A stretch of DNA of 64,000 bases, taken from contig OX597815.1 in the NCBI GenBank assembly GCA_951406725.2, positions 87,854,001 through 87,918,000 of the forward strand, written 5' to 3'. How positions within the stretch are numbered: position 1 is the stretch's first letter; every line of letters begins with the position of its first letter. Shown in pieces: positions 40,000-53,784 of the stretch. Under the pieces are notes generated by a model that saw only the letters and a program-made list of their open reading frames with translations, made no database searches and was not told where the DNA came from. The position numbers and the translations under genes are program-made. The stretch comes from Octopus vulgaris. Its lineage: Eukaryota.

Positions 40000-40418
40000 G
40001 GTTTCTTTGCATCTTTTCCCTCTCTGCGTTCACTTTCCCTTTGTACTATCACCTCCATTTCCACCACCTACCGTCATAACTTCCATCATTATCATACATG
40101 GTGGCTGCCCCCTCGTTATCGAGTATGGCCATTGCACGAAGCTTAACCAATGTTGTTATCGTGCAATACCTGTGCAAGAAGATTTTTTTTAAAGTGAGGA
40201 AAGGCTGTGCACTGAGTCAATCCCACTCACTAAGCAACAGCAGCCATAATCCGAAAAGAAGAACAAGTCAACATCATCGGTAACCACTGAGCTGCAGGTT
40301 TTTTTTCGGAGTTATCCCAGTTACCCGAGTTACCTTCTCCTAGAAGGATGCCCTAACAAAGGCTAGGAGTCATACATACATACATACATGCATACATACA
40401 TACATACATGCATACATA

Positions 40419-43015
40419 ACCGAGAGAAGAACACTAAGCAAAAAATTTAACCGGAACCAAGCAGCAGTATACAGAGACATAAGAGGAGGAGCAGTGAACA
40501 TCACATACGCTCCTTCACGAGACGACATAGACTCCTTCTAGAGGAAAATCTGGAGTGAAAAGAAGGAATTTAACCATGGTGCTTTGTGGTTGGAAGAAAT
40601 CCGAAAAAGTTATTGCCCCTGTGTTACACCCAAGACATACAACATTGATAGTGAAACTCATGCAACTGTGATCCAGAAACTACAGGATGGAAAAGCACCT
40701 GGAAGAGACTTGATTGTTAGATATTGGTACAAGAAGCTAACATTCTACCGACCATATCTTATCAATCTGTACCAGCAAGCTCACATTGGAAACAATAGCA
40801 TACCGCACTGGTTAGCTCTGGCAGAGACAAAATTGATCCCCAAATGCAGAACCACCTAAATGGCAAAATATTACCAGCCAATTGCATGCCAGAACTTAAT
40901 GTATAAAATATATACAGCGTGTTTAAAACTTCCTCCAGGACCATTGTGAAACCAATAACATCATCACAGCAGAACAAGTAGCTGGGAAGAAGGGAGTCTG
41001 GGGATGTGCCGGGCAATTGTTAATCAACAAAACTGCGATGTCAGGGGTGCGGGAGCATGGGAGGAACCTAGTTTCAATGTAGCTAGACTACAAGAAAGCC
41101 TTTGACTCTGTTTCCCACTCATGGATACTACAAGCCCTTCAACTTGATAAAGCTCCAGCGAGCATAGTCAAAGGCATAGCTGACATGACTTCATCGTGGG
41201 CCACCATCTTGAAATTAAACACAAAGAGTGACTGTATTATCACTGATAGAATACAGTATCGCAAAAGCATATTCCAAGGGGATAGCCTATCTGTGATGTT
41301 GTTTATACTTTCTGTAAAGCCCCTTGTCATCCATGTTAAGGAAGTCTGAAGGATATCTCACTGATTCACAAGGAAACAGAAATACCAAAATTACACTGTT
41401 TCTTTGTGGATGATTTGAAACTTTATGCAAAGAATATGCATGAGATGAAAAAGAACCTTGACCTAGTTACAACATTCTCAAAAGATGTAGAGTTGGTGTG
41501 TAATCAGGATAAATATTGTTATATGGTTGTGAAAAGGGGGAAAAGTATAAACTAGACTAGCAACATCTCCATCAGTGATTTGACTGTTTCCCTTGTATCT
41601 GACAAGGAATGTTACAGGTATCTAGGGGTGGATGAAAACATATCTTACAATGGCACCTGTAACAAAACACATGTCACTAAAGAATATTACAGCCGAATAA
41701 AGAATTATAAAACAGTGGCCCACAATGTTTGATACCGGCATTTAGGCTGCTTGATTGGATGCTTGATGAAATCCAAGTCATTGCTGTAAAAACTCCAAAA
41801 ATACCAACAAACACACATAATTTCCACATAAACAGTGACGTAGATCACCTCTACCTAAAACGAAAGCAAGGCGGTAGAGGCTTAACATTGATCCAAAATG
41901 CCTTTGAATGTCGTATCATATCCCTCCGGCAGCATCTTTTAACCACCAAGAGTCGAAGTGCATCCTTTGACCAAGTTTGCATACATAAGCCTGATAACAT
42001 CATAAAACTTGGAAGGCAGCTCCTTGAGCAACATTCCTTGTCTGATAACCTTGAATACATGCCCAAAGAAGTCGCATAACTCTACTGCAACGTATAATCA
42101 GATGAAAGGATAAACCTATATGTGTAGGAGACTATGTATAGATATGTTATTAGAAAGCTCCGATATGATAGTAACATTGATTATCAAAGCAGGCTATCAG
42201 TCTATAGCCGGATTACTACCTCTCACTTTGAAGGGTATGAGTTTGCAATCCAGGAACAGGAAATATCAACCAAATACCTAATGCACAAAAGGGATAGAGA
42301 TGCAGGAAAAGCTGTAAGATCGATGCAGCCTTTGTGTAGTTAACACAGAAGATATTACCCACATCATAAGCAGTTGTCCGAAAATGTCATCACGGTATCA
42401 TCTACCGATGAGACATGATGTTGTAGCTAGGACACTCTATAATGAAATCCGTCGGAAGGATAACACAGAGGACAAAGAAATAAGGACCCACAGCATGGTA
42501 GAAGCCATAGCCACTCGTAATAAAAAGGAGTGCCGATGGAATGTCCCAGTGAAGACTTCAATAAAATGTAAGCACAACATACTTGATATAATGATTTGGG
42601 ATAGAAAAGAGAAACTGTGTACAGTTGTGGAAATTAGCTGCCCAGCGAATGTTAAGATAGAGCTGAAGATCAATGAAAAAGGGAACCCCTACGCTGAACT
42701 ATTGAGAAATCTGTAGCTACTCTATCCAGATTACAAGTTCAAGCTTATACCTGTAATTATTGGAACCCTGGGATATGTAGCAATCTTGAGAAATTTGGCT
42801 TCTCAAAACCAGAAAGAAGAAAGCTAATTCGAAGACTACAAATCCAATCCATTACTGGAACTGTAAAAATCTGTAATACTTTCCAGAAGTTTATCACTTA
42901 AATATATATGAGCATATCTACATATGCAACTATATACATGAGAATCATATATAAAACAAAATATACAAATCTTCACATATACATGCATGCGTACATGCGT
43001 ACATACATACATACA
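40419..43015 (+). mobile_element. R4/Dong-type LINE, 5'-truncated, RT plus REL endonuclease, degenerate
   Basis: KAPGRD, YQPIAC, LDYKKAFDSV, IFQGDSLS, FVDDLKL, YRYLG, LYLKRKQGGRGL, AIQEQEI, THIISSC..RHD and DIMIWD..VVEISCP motifs. Flanked by (TACA)n. Confidence 0.93.
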
Positions 43016-43021
43016 CGTTAA

Positions 43022-43266
43022 CATAGAGCTGAAGATCAGTGAAAAAGAGAACACCTATGCTAAAAATCTGTTCAACATTCCAGAAGTTTATCATTTAAAT
43101 ATACATGAGCATGTATAGATATGCAACTATATGCATAAGAATACATACATAAAACATACAAATCTGCACATACATAATACATACATACATACATACATAC
43201 ATACATACATACATACATACATACATACATACATACATACATACATACATACATACATACATACAT
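43022..43266 (+). mobile_element. Second, internally deleted 3' end of the same R4 family plus (TACA)n tail
   Basis: Duplicates about 42657-42697 joined to about 42864-42985. Confidence 0.8.
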
Positions 43267-44104
43267 GCAAAAACGGTCCGCTATTCTTCTCGCTGTTCCT
43301 CTCTGGTCTGTCCTCTATATCTGCGCATCCTTTCTCGGGTAGCTTGCAACCGTGTTTCCTGTGAATCCAGAGTTTCAGTTAAATTAACCCTTATTAACAA
43401 ATATGACATTTTTAAGCGAGCAGATGGTAAATAATTGCACTTATGTGTATGCGATGGTCGCTATAAAAAGAAATTAGTTCAATAAAAAAAAATACTTTTC
43501 AATATCAAGACACTACCATTACCATCGCCACCGCCACTATCTGCCCCCCCCCCCCTCTCTCAATATAATTGCTTCCCATGTCAATCTCTATCTATATTTC
43601 CCTTCAGCTAACTTTTTAACTACGCAATAAGTATTTCTTCCCCATCATGCGTCGTTAACACTTCTCTCTCCCTCTTTTTCTCGCATCGTCTTTTACTCTC
43701 GTTCTTCGCTTTTACCTTCAGCTGACCACGTGATCATTTGGCCTAAGTGTATTAATATTAATCACCTTTTTTCTACTCCTTCCTCTCTTCTCTCTTCACT
43801 CCTCCCTTTCTCTCTTACTATTATTCCACCTCTCACTCACTCTACCCCCACCACACTAACTAATTAATGTATAACGGACGAACGAACAAGCAGGTCATTA
43901 TATAGATGTTGTGTAAATATATCAGGAAGAGATCCAATCCAGCAGATTCTAACGAAGAGTTTCGTAAATTTCATATCATGTGCTACTTTTCCATGATCCG
44001 CTTTCATTTGACGTAAATATTTTAAATTATTGTTTGCATTTCGAATCTTTCCGACGGATACTGATGTGTATGAGTTTGCATTTTTTTTTCCAAATAGAAT
44101 TCTG

Positions 44105-44941
44105 GGATCTTTTCTGTTTGATGGACGGAATTTTCTAGTTAACTAAACAATTTGAAACTTCGTATACTTGTAGAATGTGTCAAAAGAAAACATTATTGTA
44201 AACAAAATTGTAAACAAAATTGTAATTCGTAACTTTAACGTAGTTTAATTCTACGAATTTTAACCAATGAAATCGCAGCATTCGAGCTCAAATTATTTGC
44301 TGCGTCTAAAAACTCACACGCACACGTCTTATTCATCCTTTCTCTCTCTTCTATCTTCTGTCTTCTACATGTGCTAGAAATAACAGCTATATCTCTTAAA
44401 TCGATGAACTTCGTCGCCCAATAAAAATATTAACGATATTTTTTGAATATTTTCTTTATCTTTTTTTATCGAAAAGGCTTCTCCTATGGTTTTGAAGGGC
44501 CAGAAACAAAACAATAATATGCCTAAATCGGTCTAGAGTTTGCGCGTGGAGTGTGAGTCGTATTATTTTTATTTTTTATTTTATCTTGTTTCAGCTCACG
44601 AGCTGTGGCCATGCTGGGGCACCGCCATTTGTAAAAATTTGCGAAATATTTTTTCATAAAAGGATACCCCAGCTTGTCGGAAGCTGTGATATAAATTGGG
44701 GAAAAAATCCTCGACACCAGTGCGTAATTGGTACTTAATTTATCGACCCCGAAACGATGAAACATTGACCCCCCCCTTCTGGTTTATTTACCTTTTGTGT
44801 AAATCTGTTACGGCAAGGGGCAACTCACGAACGTGTATGTATGCTTGTGTGCGTATGTGTGTGTATGTATATGTCCGTTTGTATGTGTGTGTACGCTTAT
44901 ATATTAATTACTATGTGCTTGTGCAAATGTATATGCATGTG

Positions 44942-44983
<42 letters not shown>

Positions 44984-45220
44984 TGTGTGTGTGTGTGTGT
45001 CGTGCGTCTGTTATATTTCTTTATCAATATCGATAACGCAGCAATGCTGGGATTTCATTGGTTAAAATTCGTAAAATTAAACTACGTTTAAGTTACAAAT
45101 TACAATTTTGTTTTCAATTTTGTTTACAATAATGTTTTCTTTTGACACATTCTACCAGTATACGAAGTTTCAAATGTTTTAGTTAACTAGAAAATTCCGT
45201 CCATCAAACAGAAAAGATCC
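44105..45220. mobile_element. Non-autonomous DNA transposon with about 178-bp TIRs (Merlin- or MULE-like)
   Basis: 44105-44282 is mirrored by 45043-45220; GG...CC termini; 8-bp flanks gaattctg / gaattgtg (7/8). Confidence 0.85.
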
Positions 45221-46679
45221 GAATTGTGGAAAATTGAAGAGGCAGATTTACCTTATTTTGTCTTACTCGGTTTGCCCCACCAAACTTGTTCTTTTGTACG
45301 CTCAAAGAGAACGGAGATAATTTTATGAAATAGTGTAATGAATATGTTATAATATTTTTAATGCATTTAGAAAAGACCATTTGCTAATCTGATGTCAGGC
45401 CGGTGAATTTTTTTTTCGTTTCTTAAAGTCAAAAATGCAATAAATATTACTCAGTATGTCCTGACCCCTATCTACCATATAGTGAGTTGAATCAGATTAA
45501 ATTTCATGATATGGTTCTTTCTTGCTGTTCACAATTGCCTATCTTGCAAAAAATCACCCCCATCTTTAGAATATTTTATTATAGAAATATGCAGCATAAG
45601 CGCACATTTTTCTGTAAAAGGAAATACTTTACATATTTTGACTTCCAACATCTCATTTCTGCAGGATGTCCCGGGATTGGTTTATCTTTGACCACTCATA
45701 GACCAACCGTGAGAATTTAGCTGTGAATATCAGCAAAAGGACATAGAATGTGTCCGGTATGTTTGATTATGTTGCATATTACATAATAGAATCTTAAGAA
45801 AGGACGGTGAAGACCAGGAAAATATGAAAAAAACATATGGTTCAATAGATTATACGTTAGAAATCTTTCAACAAATCTTTATCTTCCATATAGCATTCTC
45901 TTTCAAATAGTTTATGCCTGCTTTTTATTTTGTTCTTCTTTTACTGGTGTCAGTCCTTGGATGGTAGCAATACTGGGTTAACTCCCTGAAGTCAAATTGA
46001 ACTCAGTATATATATTTCTAAGTCTAGCGCTTATTCCGTTGATTGCCAAGCAATGACAAACATACAGACATGCGCATATACATAAATACAGGTGCGCACG
46101 TACATATGTATCCAACGGGCTTTCACCAGTTTCCGCCTACCATATTCACAAACAACACTTTGTCAAATTGAGTTTTTTTACAGAAAACGCTTTCCCAAGG
46201 TGCTGTGCGGCGGAACTGGACCGGAAACCATGTAGTTGCGAAGCAAACTCCTTAACCACAAATACTTGCTTGTTGTATGTAAATGCAAATTCAAATAAAT
46301 ATTTTTGCGCTATAGTTTATTAGTATTTGTGAGCACTAACAATTGTGTGGTTAATTACAAAGTTCTAAACTTTGATAGGCTACATAGTTACAGGAGTCCT
46401 GTTTCAGTCGCTTAAGTTGCCCCAATTATTTAAGCTATAATTACCTTATTAAAATACAGTTTTATACGCCTCCATAACAGTAAAGCATTTCAGCCCGATT
46501 CAGTACTTCGGGGTCTATGCAGAGGCTCGACCTACTAGAAATCACACCCTACCGTCTTGTGAAAGAAAAGAACACATTGAATAAGTAATCCAACATACTT
46601 TTAAAATGATGGGATATTCATGGTTGGAATTCTTTTAATTAGAAGTTAAACAAAAACGATAACAATGTAACGACCATAC

Positions 46680-47270
46680 CTGAACCGTTTCATAATTCCC
46701 ATCACAACTATTATTACGCAACCATCACAATATAAAATGTAGTTTCCACAACAAAAAATACCAATTCTCCCATCACTTCACTTCACCACTATTACCATTT
46801 CCTCCTCTACTACCAACAGATAACCTCAACTCGCCCATCGCACCACTGCCTTCTTCGCTATCATAATAAACAGTTCCACTCGCATTCACTACCACCAACG
46901 CCACCTCTACAAACAGTACGACCACTGCAACTAACCGGTTCATCACATCATCTATATTTCCACACAACTGTAACATTTAGTACCATTTCACTTTCATCAT
47001 CTCAACCCCACAACCACATATTTTACCACAAATAACCATTACCAACACTATCACCATCCTAGCCACACGATTTCAACAAACATCATGGGTATTACATCAC
47101 TACCACCATTACATCAATACCACTTACTAGGTTTTCATTACGACCAACATTGCTATTAGTACTAATACTTTACCGGCCTGACATCTAGTATTACACTCCA
47201 TTGCATACTAAAAATATTTCCATCAAAACCTTCAACACAATCATCACTAATATTGTCAATAATTTTCTAA
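46680..47270. repeat. Degenerate (ACC/ATC/ACT)-rich low-complexity region
   Basis: Direct observation. Confidence 0.7.
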
Positions 47271-48515
47271 GAAGGCATCGAGAGGAATTTGTGAAACAAG
47301 GATCTCATACGTCCTACGTTATTTAATATGTAGAGATAAAACTGACAGAGTCGGTTAAGCGTTGAACAAATAATTTGTTATTCGTTCCGACTCTCTAAGC
47401 TTTGGATTCAAATCTCTCATTGTCCTTCATCTTTTCGGAGTTGTTAAAATGAAGCACCAGTGCAGAGCGGTGGATCGGCAGAATTACTTTTACATCAGTT
47501 AAATGGCCATGTGGTAATTATTTTAGGTCTTTGCATTCTGAGTTCTTGGGCGCTGGACTTGAATCGTTACCCTGTTTAACACCAACATCTGTTCACTGGG
47601 TGCCTTTTGTGGAATTCACTGTGTTGAAAGTAAATGGGTGAAGTCTCTAATTTGAGGATAACTTTCTTCCAGTAACCCGTTCCGGAAGCCTTGAAAAAAA
47701 ATAAAGGCCATAGATATCATCTTTCTTTACTGGATCAAATGGTAAAAAAATTGGAACATAGGCGAGGGAATCAAAATTGCTCCTTTCAACAGGTCGAGTG
47801 ATAGCGTTCACATTCGCTTGTTGGTTAACATGAGACTTTGGTGATATATTATAATGTCATGTGGCAATGTAGCGTGCTTATATCACAATCAATTCAATAT
47901 CGGGCCACAAGGATAGCCTTTACATGGTTTCTCGACCCGTTAGAAATAGCAGTCATTATATTTAGTTGTTACAGGAGCTGAAAGTGGCGTTGAAAGCTTT
48001 GGTTTAGGTGAATCTATGATAAATATTGTACGATTCGCCAAGATCTTTAAGCTGAACAATTGAGATTCAAATCTTATGTATTCGTATTCTGGTGCAAATG
48101 TTGTGCTTTGTATTTCGCTTTGTTTGAGCCAACGGAAGACCCTCAACAAAGTCACGCCAGCTGCTAGAATTAGCAACCAAATCTTGCTCAAATCATTCCC
48201 TACTTTCTTTTAAAAAAATGGAATGACATGTTGATCAGACAGTGTAATCTACTAGATATATAATGGTTGAAAAAAAGTATTTGTTGTATGTTTTAAATCT
48301 GTCAAGAGTCACACGAGCTAAATTAAGGAAGGATGATCCGTAGCTGATTTATTCAGGATCTAAATTGCAAATCGGCCATTGCGTATCTGGGACCAAATTT
48401 TTCCCTGTTTTTCTTCCTCTCTTTTCAAGACAATAGTATTTTCATTTTAGGGATGTTTGGCTGTCAACCTCTTGCAAATAGGGAGACTACATAAAGGCTC
48501 TAGCAGCAGCAACAA

Positions 48516-48566
<51 letters not shown>

Positions 48567-48845
48567 GAGGAGGAGGAGGAGGAGGAGGAGGAGCAGCAGC
48601 AGCTATAACTGTTATCGCTATCAATACTACTCCCGTACCATATTTTCACAACCTCCACCGCAATCACCAACACCTACGCCACAACCATCTTCAACATTGA
48701 CAACAGTTACCTTCACCCCAATCTCCCTCATTTCATCACATTTACACCACACCCTTCCACCAGCATCGTGACAATCATACCAGAGCAAACGAGACGCTGC
48801 CATGTTTGTTGTCACGTCCGCAGTTGAAAAAATATATAAATATAT

Positions 48846-48895
<50 letters not shown>

Positions 48896-49025
48896 CGTTG
48901 TTTATGTATGTTAACATAGATTACACGGTAGCGGTAAGAGGAGTGTGTAATACATGGCAGTGATTATGGAGGTCTATCTATAGTAGCCATATGAAGTGGT
49001 GTATGTATGTATGTATGTATGTATG

Positions 49026-49066
<41 letters not shown>

Positions 49067-49099
49067 ATACACACACACTCACATACTGATACAGCATCC

Positions 49100-49725
49100 T
49101 CTTCAATCTAAGGTGCCTACAAACTCATACCAACCCATCTCACCAACATTGTAACAACCTATCCATGAGTTACTTTTTGCTGATGATGCTGCTTTGTTGC
49201 CCACACAGATATAGCCTTGCAAAGCATCACGTCTTACCTTGTAGAATCTGCCTAAAGAAAACTGAAGTTCTCTATCAACACACCTCACAGTATAAATACC
49301 ACACCCTCGCATTACCCTCGAGGAGACTGAACTGAAGACAATCAATCAGTTCACTTACTTAGGATGCACCATCTCATCAGATGTCAAAATCGACAAAGTG
49401 AATAACAGATTAGTCAAGGCAAACAGTCCATTCGCCAGATTGTACGAAAGAGTCTAGAATGGTAACTATCAGAAGACTAAAGACCAAGATCAGTGTATAC
49501 AGAACCGTCGTTCTGATCACCGTCTTGGGTCATCTATCTGCACTATCTATGACTCCTTGAACGATTCTGTGAGCGCTGCCTTCGCATCACCCTCAGTAAC
49601 CACTGGAGTGTTTTTGTCATTAACATCGAGGTACTAGAGCAAGCGAAGATCACCAACATTGAAACAACTCTGTCGAAGATACAGTTACGATGGGCAGGAC
49701 ACGTCATCACGATGGAGGATCATCA

Positions 49726-49726
<1 letters not shown>
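49100..49726 (+). mobile_element. RTE (BovB-like) RT fragment
   Basis: IHELLFADDAAL, KKTEVL, QFTYLGCTIS..NRLVKANSPFARL and QLRWAGHVITMED remnants. Confidence 0.85.
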
Positions 49727-49767
<41 letters not shown>

Positions 49768-50664
49768 TGTTTAATGTACACAGTATATAGTTATGAGCTA
49801 CTAATAGTTTCATATATTGGAGATTTATTTCTAGGCAGGTTTTAATAATGCGCCTAGTGTCTCCAAGTAATCTGCTGGCTCTGGGAACATCGCCTTACAC
49901 AAGTTACAAATCAGGATAATAGAACAAGAGAAATCACTAGAAAAAAAACGAGAGGAAGGTGAATGCAAAAAGTGGAAGGATGAAAGAAACGGAAAAAGGA
50001 AGGAAAGCAAGAAGAATTAGAGTTAGTCCCCTTTGGTCATAAAGCCATAAACCCAGTTGATGTAGAATCAACGGAAGGGGTCTAAAGTCTGCGATACAGT
50101 TGCTCAACCCGGAGATGGTGGTGTTCTCAACAGAAACAGAAACTTGTTCATATGTTTGCATTTGCTGAAAATTTCTGATCTGGAATTCAGCAATGCGGTA
50201 GAATTTTTAGAGTGTCACAGATGGCGATTTCAATTTAATGCTGTTTCAGTTACGTAAACTGAGTTTTTTACAGCCTGGAAAGCTTCTGCAATGCCAGCCG
50301 AATGTTTTATTCACTATTTTCTATATATATCACAGAACGAATTTTGTTTAAGCAGGTGACAATGAAATGCACAGTATTGACAAGACCCAAGAAAGTTGAA
50401 ATGAGTCTGTCATTCTCGTAAGTTACTGTAGTGACGATGCTCGTCATACTCCAATATATATTGTATTTTTAACACAACCCAAAATATGAAGAGATTTTAT
50501 CGCAATTTCACACCTTCATGATTTCTAAGGGTATGTAATACATTTAGTATGACATACAGATGGCAATTTTAAGGAAATGTTGCTTCAATTGCGTAAACTA
50601 AGTTTCTCAAGAATTTACATTGTATGGTATTTGATATACCCGTAATTGTTTATGTTGTCAAATA

Positions 50665-51478
50665 CGAGGTCTGATCAATAAGTATCCGGACTGTTGCCAT
50701 AGTAACGAAGCTAAAGCACGGAGAGTGAAGCCGCTGAGCAAAGATTGATCTTGAACTCTACTGTGCATGCGCACTAAGTCTTAACGTTATAGCTCGCTTC
50801 TACTGATTGCAGCAGTGCTTAGAAGGGAGGTGTGTAGCGTGTGATCGTCGCATTGACCATGACAGAGAAAGTTATCATGGTGATACATGCTCAGAGGCCT
50901 ACGCAAAGTTGCAGAAAGTGTATAGAGAGGAACGAATTAGCTGCACACAAGTGTACGAGTGGTTCAGATGTTTCCAAGACGGCCGAAAAAATGTCGATAT
51001 TGACGAACGTTTTGGGAGAGGTGAACAGAGGGTGTGCGGATTAGTTACGGTTTAGTCCAGTCAATTATCACTGAAGATTTGGGTATGAGACACGTGTCTG
51101 CCAAGTTTGTGTTAAAACTGCTTTCAGCTGACTAAAAAGACACTCGGGTTTCATTGCACAAGATCTCCTTGATTGTGTCGAGAACAATGAAAACTTTTTG
51201 AAAACTTTGCATAGACCACTGAGCAGGTATCGCCAAGCTTTTGAAAAAATATGATCCAGATTTTCTACTAATTTTCTTTGTCATGTCCAATGCAGCAATC
51301 TCATGCTACACACCTTCCTTTCAAGCACTGCTGTAAGCAGCAAAAGTGAGCTAGAATGTTAAAACTTAATGTGCATGCGCAGCAGATATCCAGATCAATC
51401 TGTGCCAAGCGGCTTTATTCTACATGATTTAGCTTCGTTACTATGGCAACAGTCCGAATACTCATTGATCAGATCACA
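50665..51478 (+). mobile_element. Internally deleted mariner with long (about 190-bp) inverted termini
   Basis: TA|cgaggtctgatcaataagtatccggactg ... cagtccgaatactcattgatcagatcaca|TA; EAYAKLQKVY..SCTQVYEWFRCFQDGRKNVDIDER HTH remnant. Confidence 0.88.
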
Positions 51479-51861
51479 TACATATCACAGACTACTTTTT
51501 CTCTTATCTGATTTTTGCTTAAACTATGCAAATTACCTAGGTTATAAATATATTCTACTCTTCTTTGCATGTGTTTAAGTCCCTTGGTTAAATGAGTTAG
51601 GAAAGTACAATTGTCTAGCTGATGAAGCCTTTTGATGCAAAAACTCTTGACTGCCACTGTTCTCTTATCCCCAGACAATAAGCCTGTCCTTTTCAGTAAT
51701 AGAATGTCAACTTTGGGAATTCTTAAGATTATCTTTCCTTCTCATCTAGAGCTTGTCTCAATTGTCATTTGGTAAGTGTGACACAACCTCTAGAAGCGAA
51801 GATAATTTTAATAAATCAAGAATTCATGTTGTATGGTATTTGATATAACATTTTTGTTTAA

Positions 51862-51922
<61 letters not shown>

Positions 51923-52039
51923 ACGAAGGTGGAAATAGCACAGAAATAAGTCTAAGACATTTCAATTTAAGAAGGAATTTAATAAAAATGATTTTAAAAA
52001 TTATATAAAGAAAATATAACTGGTTTCTATAATGAATCT

Positions 52040-52156
52040 TTGCCAAATTTAGACTGGAGCCTGGTGCAGCCTTCTGGCTTCCCAGAACCCCGGTCGAACC
52101 GTCCAACCCATGCTAGCATGGAGAACGGACGTTAAACGACGATGATGATGATGATG
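52040..52156 (+). mobile_element. Young RTE-type 3' terminal fragment with (GAT)n tail
   Basis: ccgtccaacccatgctagcatgga.aacggacgttaaacgacgatgatgat; atgaatct repeated on both flanks (possible TSD). Confidence 0.65.
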
Positions 52157-52187
52157 AATCTCACCTTATCTATAATGAATCTCACCA

Positions 52188-52590
52188 TAGGCGCAGGAGT
52201 GGCTGTGTGGTAAGTAGCTTGCTAACCAACCACATGGCTCCGGGTTCAGTCCCACTGTGTGGCATCTTGGGCAAGTGTCTTCTGCTATAGCCCCGGGCCG
52301 ACCAATGCCTTGTGAGTGGATTTGGTAGACGGAAACTGAAAGAGGCCTGTCGTATATATGTATATATATATATGTGTGTGTGTTTGTGTGTTTGTCCCCC
52401 TAGCATTGCTTGACAACCGATGCTGGTGTGTTTACGTCCCCGTCACTTAGCGGTTCGGCAAAACAGACCGATAGAATAAGTACTGGGCTTACAAAGAATA
52501 AGTCCCGGGGTCGATTTGCTCGACTAAAGGCGGTGCTCCAGCATGGCCGCAGTCAAATGACTGAAACAAGTAAAAGATAAAAGATAAAAG
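52188..52590 (+). mobile_element. SINE family B, complete
   Basis: tRNA-like head (tggctgtgtggtaag / gggttcagtccc), cttgggcaagtgtctt CORE-like block, internal AT/GT microsatellite and (taaaaga)n tail. Confidence 0.92.
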
Positions 52591-52815
52591 ATTATCAAAT
52601 ATTAGTAAAAGTTTATAAAAATTTGAAGTAAAAATTGTTTATCTTCTGTCTGGAGATTGTTTGTTGAAATCTTCTTTAAATATAGTTTGGTATAGAGTTC
52701 AAAGTGTCAGAAAGTAAGAGAAGGGGTGTAGTTGTCAATGTACAAAAGAAATTTTTTGTGTGTTACTGCTAAGGGAGTGGCTAAAAAGCATTTATTGAAT
52801 GGGTTTTATGTCCAC

Positions 52816-52897
<82 letters not shown>

Positions 52898-53424
52898 TGT
52901 GTTGAATGTCCTTTCAATGTTTGAAATGTGACCAGCTGTGTTGATGGATGTGTATGTTGTGATGAATGTCTTGTTGAAGAAAGAATTAGGATTTTCTTTT
53001 GGGTTAAATGTATTCTTTTGAGTGTCTCCACCTGTGTGTGTGTATGTGTGGTCTCCAACTGTGTATAGGTGTGTGTGTTTGTGTGTGAGTGTATGTGTGG
53101 GTGTGTTTTCTATGTTTTCTTTTGTGTGTATGTGTGTGTGTGTGTGCGTGTGATAACTGGAGCAATTGTTCTGTTGCTAAAAGGTCATTTAAGTTATTAA
53201 AAAAAATAAACAGTTGAAGGTGGTACCTTGTTATTATAATGGTGTAGTGATTACATGTTTCACATGATGTTTGAGATTATTCAAGCTATCAGTGGAATAA
53301 TTGTTCTGAATTATATATGTGATTTCGATTTACTTGGATAAAGTAAGACCCAATAGTTGCCAGAGAACATCAAGAAAAGAATTGAATCCTAATCAAAATA
53401 TTAGTCCCAACAGACAATAATGTT

Positions 53425-53776
53425 TATCTAAATGAAATAGGAAAATTATCCAAATATAAAAATCTAGAAAGGGATATGGCTAGAGCGTGGAGAAATAAAA
53501 CAAAAACAATTCCTATTATAATAGGGATCTTAGGAATAAGCTGAAAACATACAACAAAATACATAACCAGAACCTCAGGGCTTAAAATAAACACAACACA
53601 GGAAGAGGCTCTAGGTAGTCCTGTGCATGTATTACATAGATTACTTCCAACACAAGAGAAAATAACATCTAAAATGAAACACTGTACATAGCCAAAGTGG
53701 TCAGAGCTGCACTCGGTAGAACAGAGAAAGCATGTGACAACAATAAAGTTGTAAGAAAATATTAGCAATAACAATA
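53425..53776 (+). mobile_element. R4/Dong-type LINE 3' fragment abutting the CFAP206 stop
   Basis: GKLSKYKNLERDMARAW..KTIPIIIGILG...QEEALGSPVHVLHRLL. Confidence 0.75.
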
Positions 53777-53777
53777 T

Positions 53778-53783
53778 TTTATT
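53778..53783 (-). promoter_or_regulatory. Candidate AATAAA polyadenylation signal of CFAP206
   Basis: AATAAA on the minus strand 1 nt after the stop codon. Usage is unverified. Confidence 0.4.
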
Positions 53784-53784
53784 A

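Noticed and set aside
45665-45756. Exon-like segment with good AG and GTATGT sites on plus
   Set aside because: Stops in all three frames; at most a non-coding exon, with no further support.
47570-48135. Protein-like open stretches on the minus strand
   Set aside because: Short, interrupted by repeats, no recognisable domain.
52188-52260. tRNA genes at SINE heads (also 39747, 38387)
   Set aside because: A/B-box-like motifs without a complete cloverleaf, fused to multi-copy SINE bodies.
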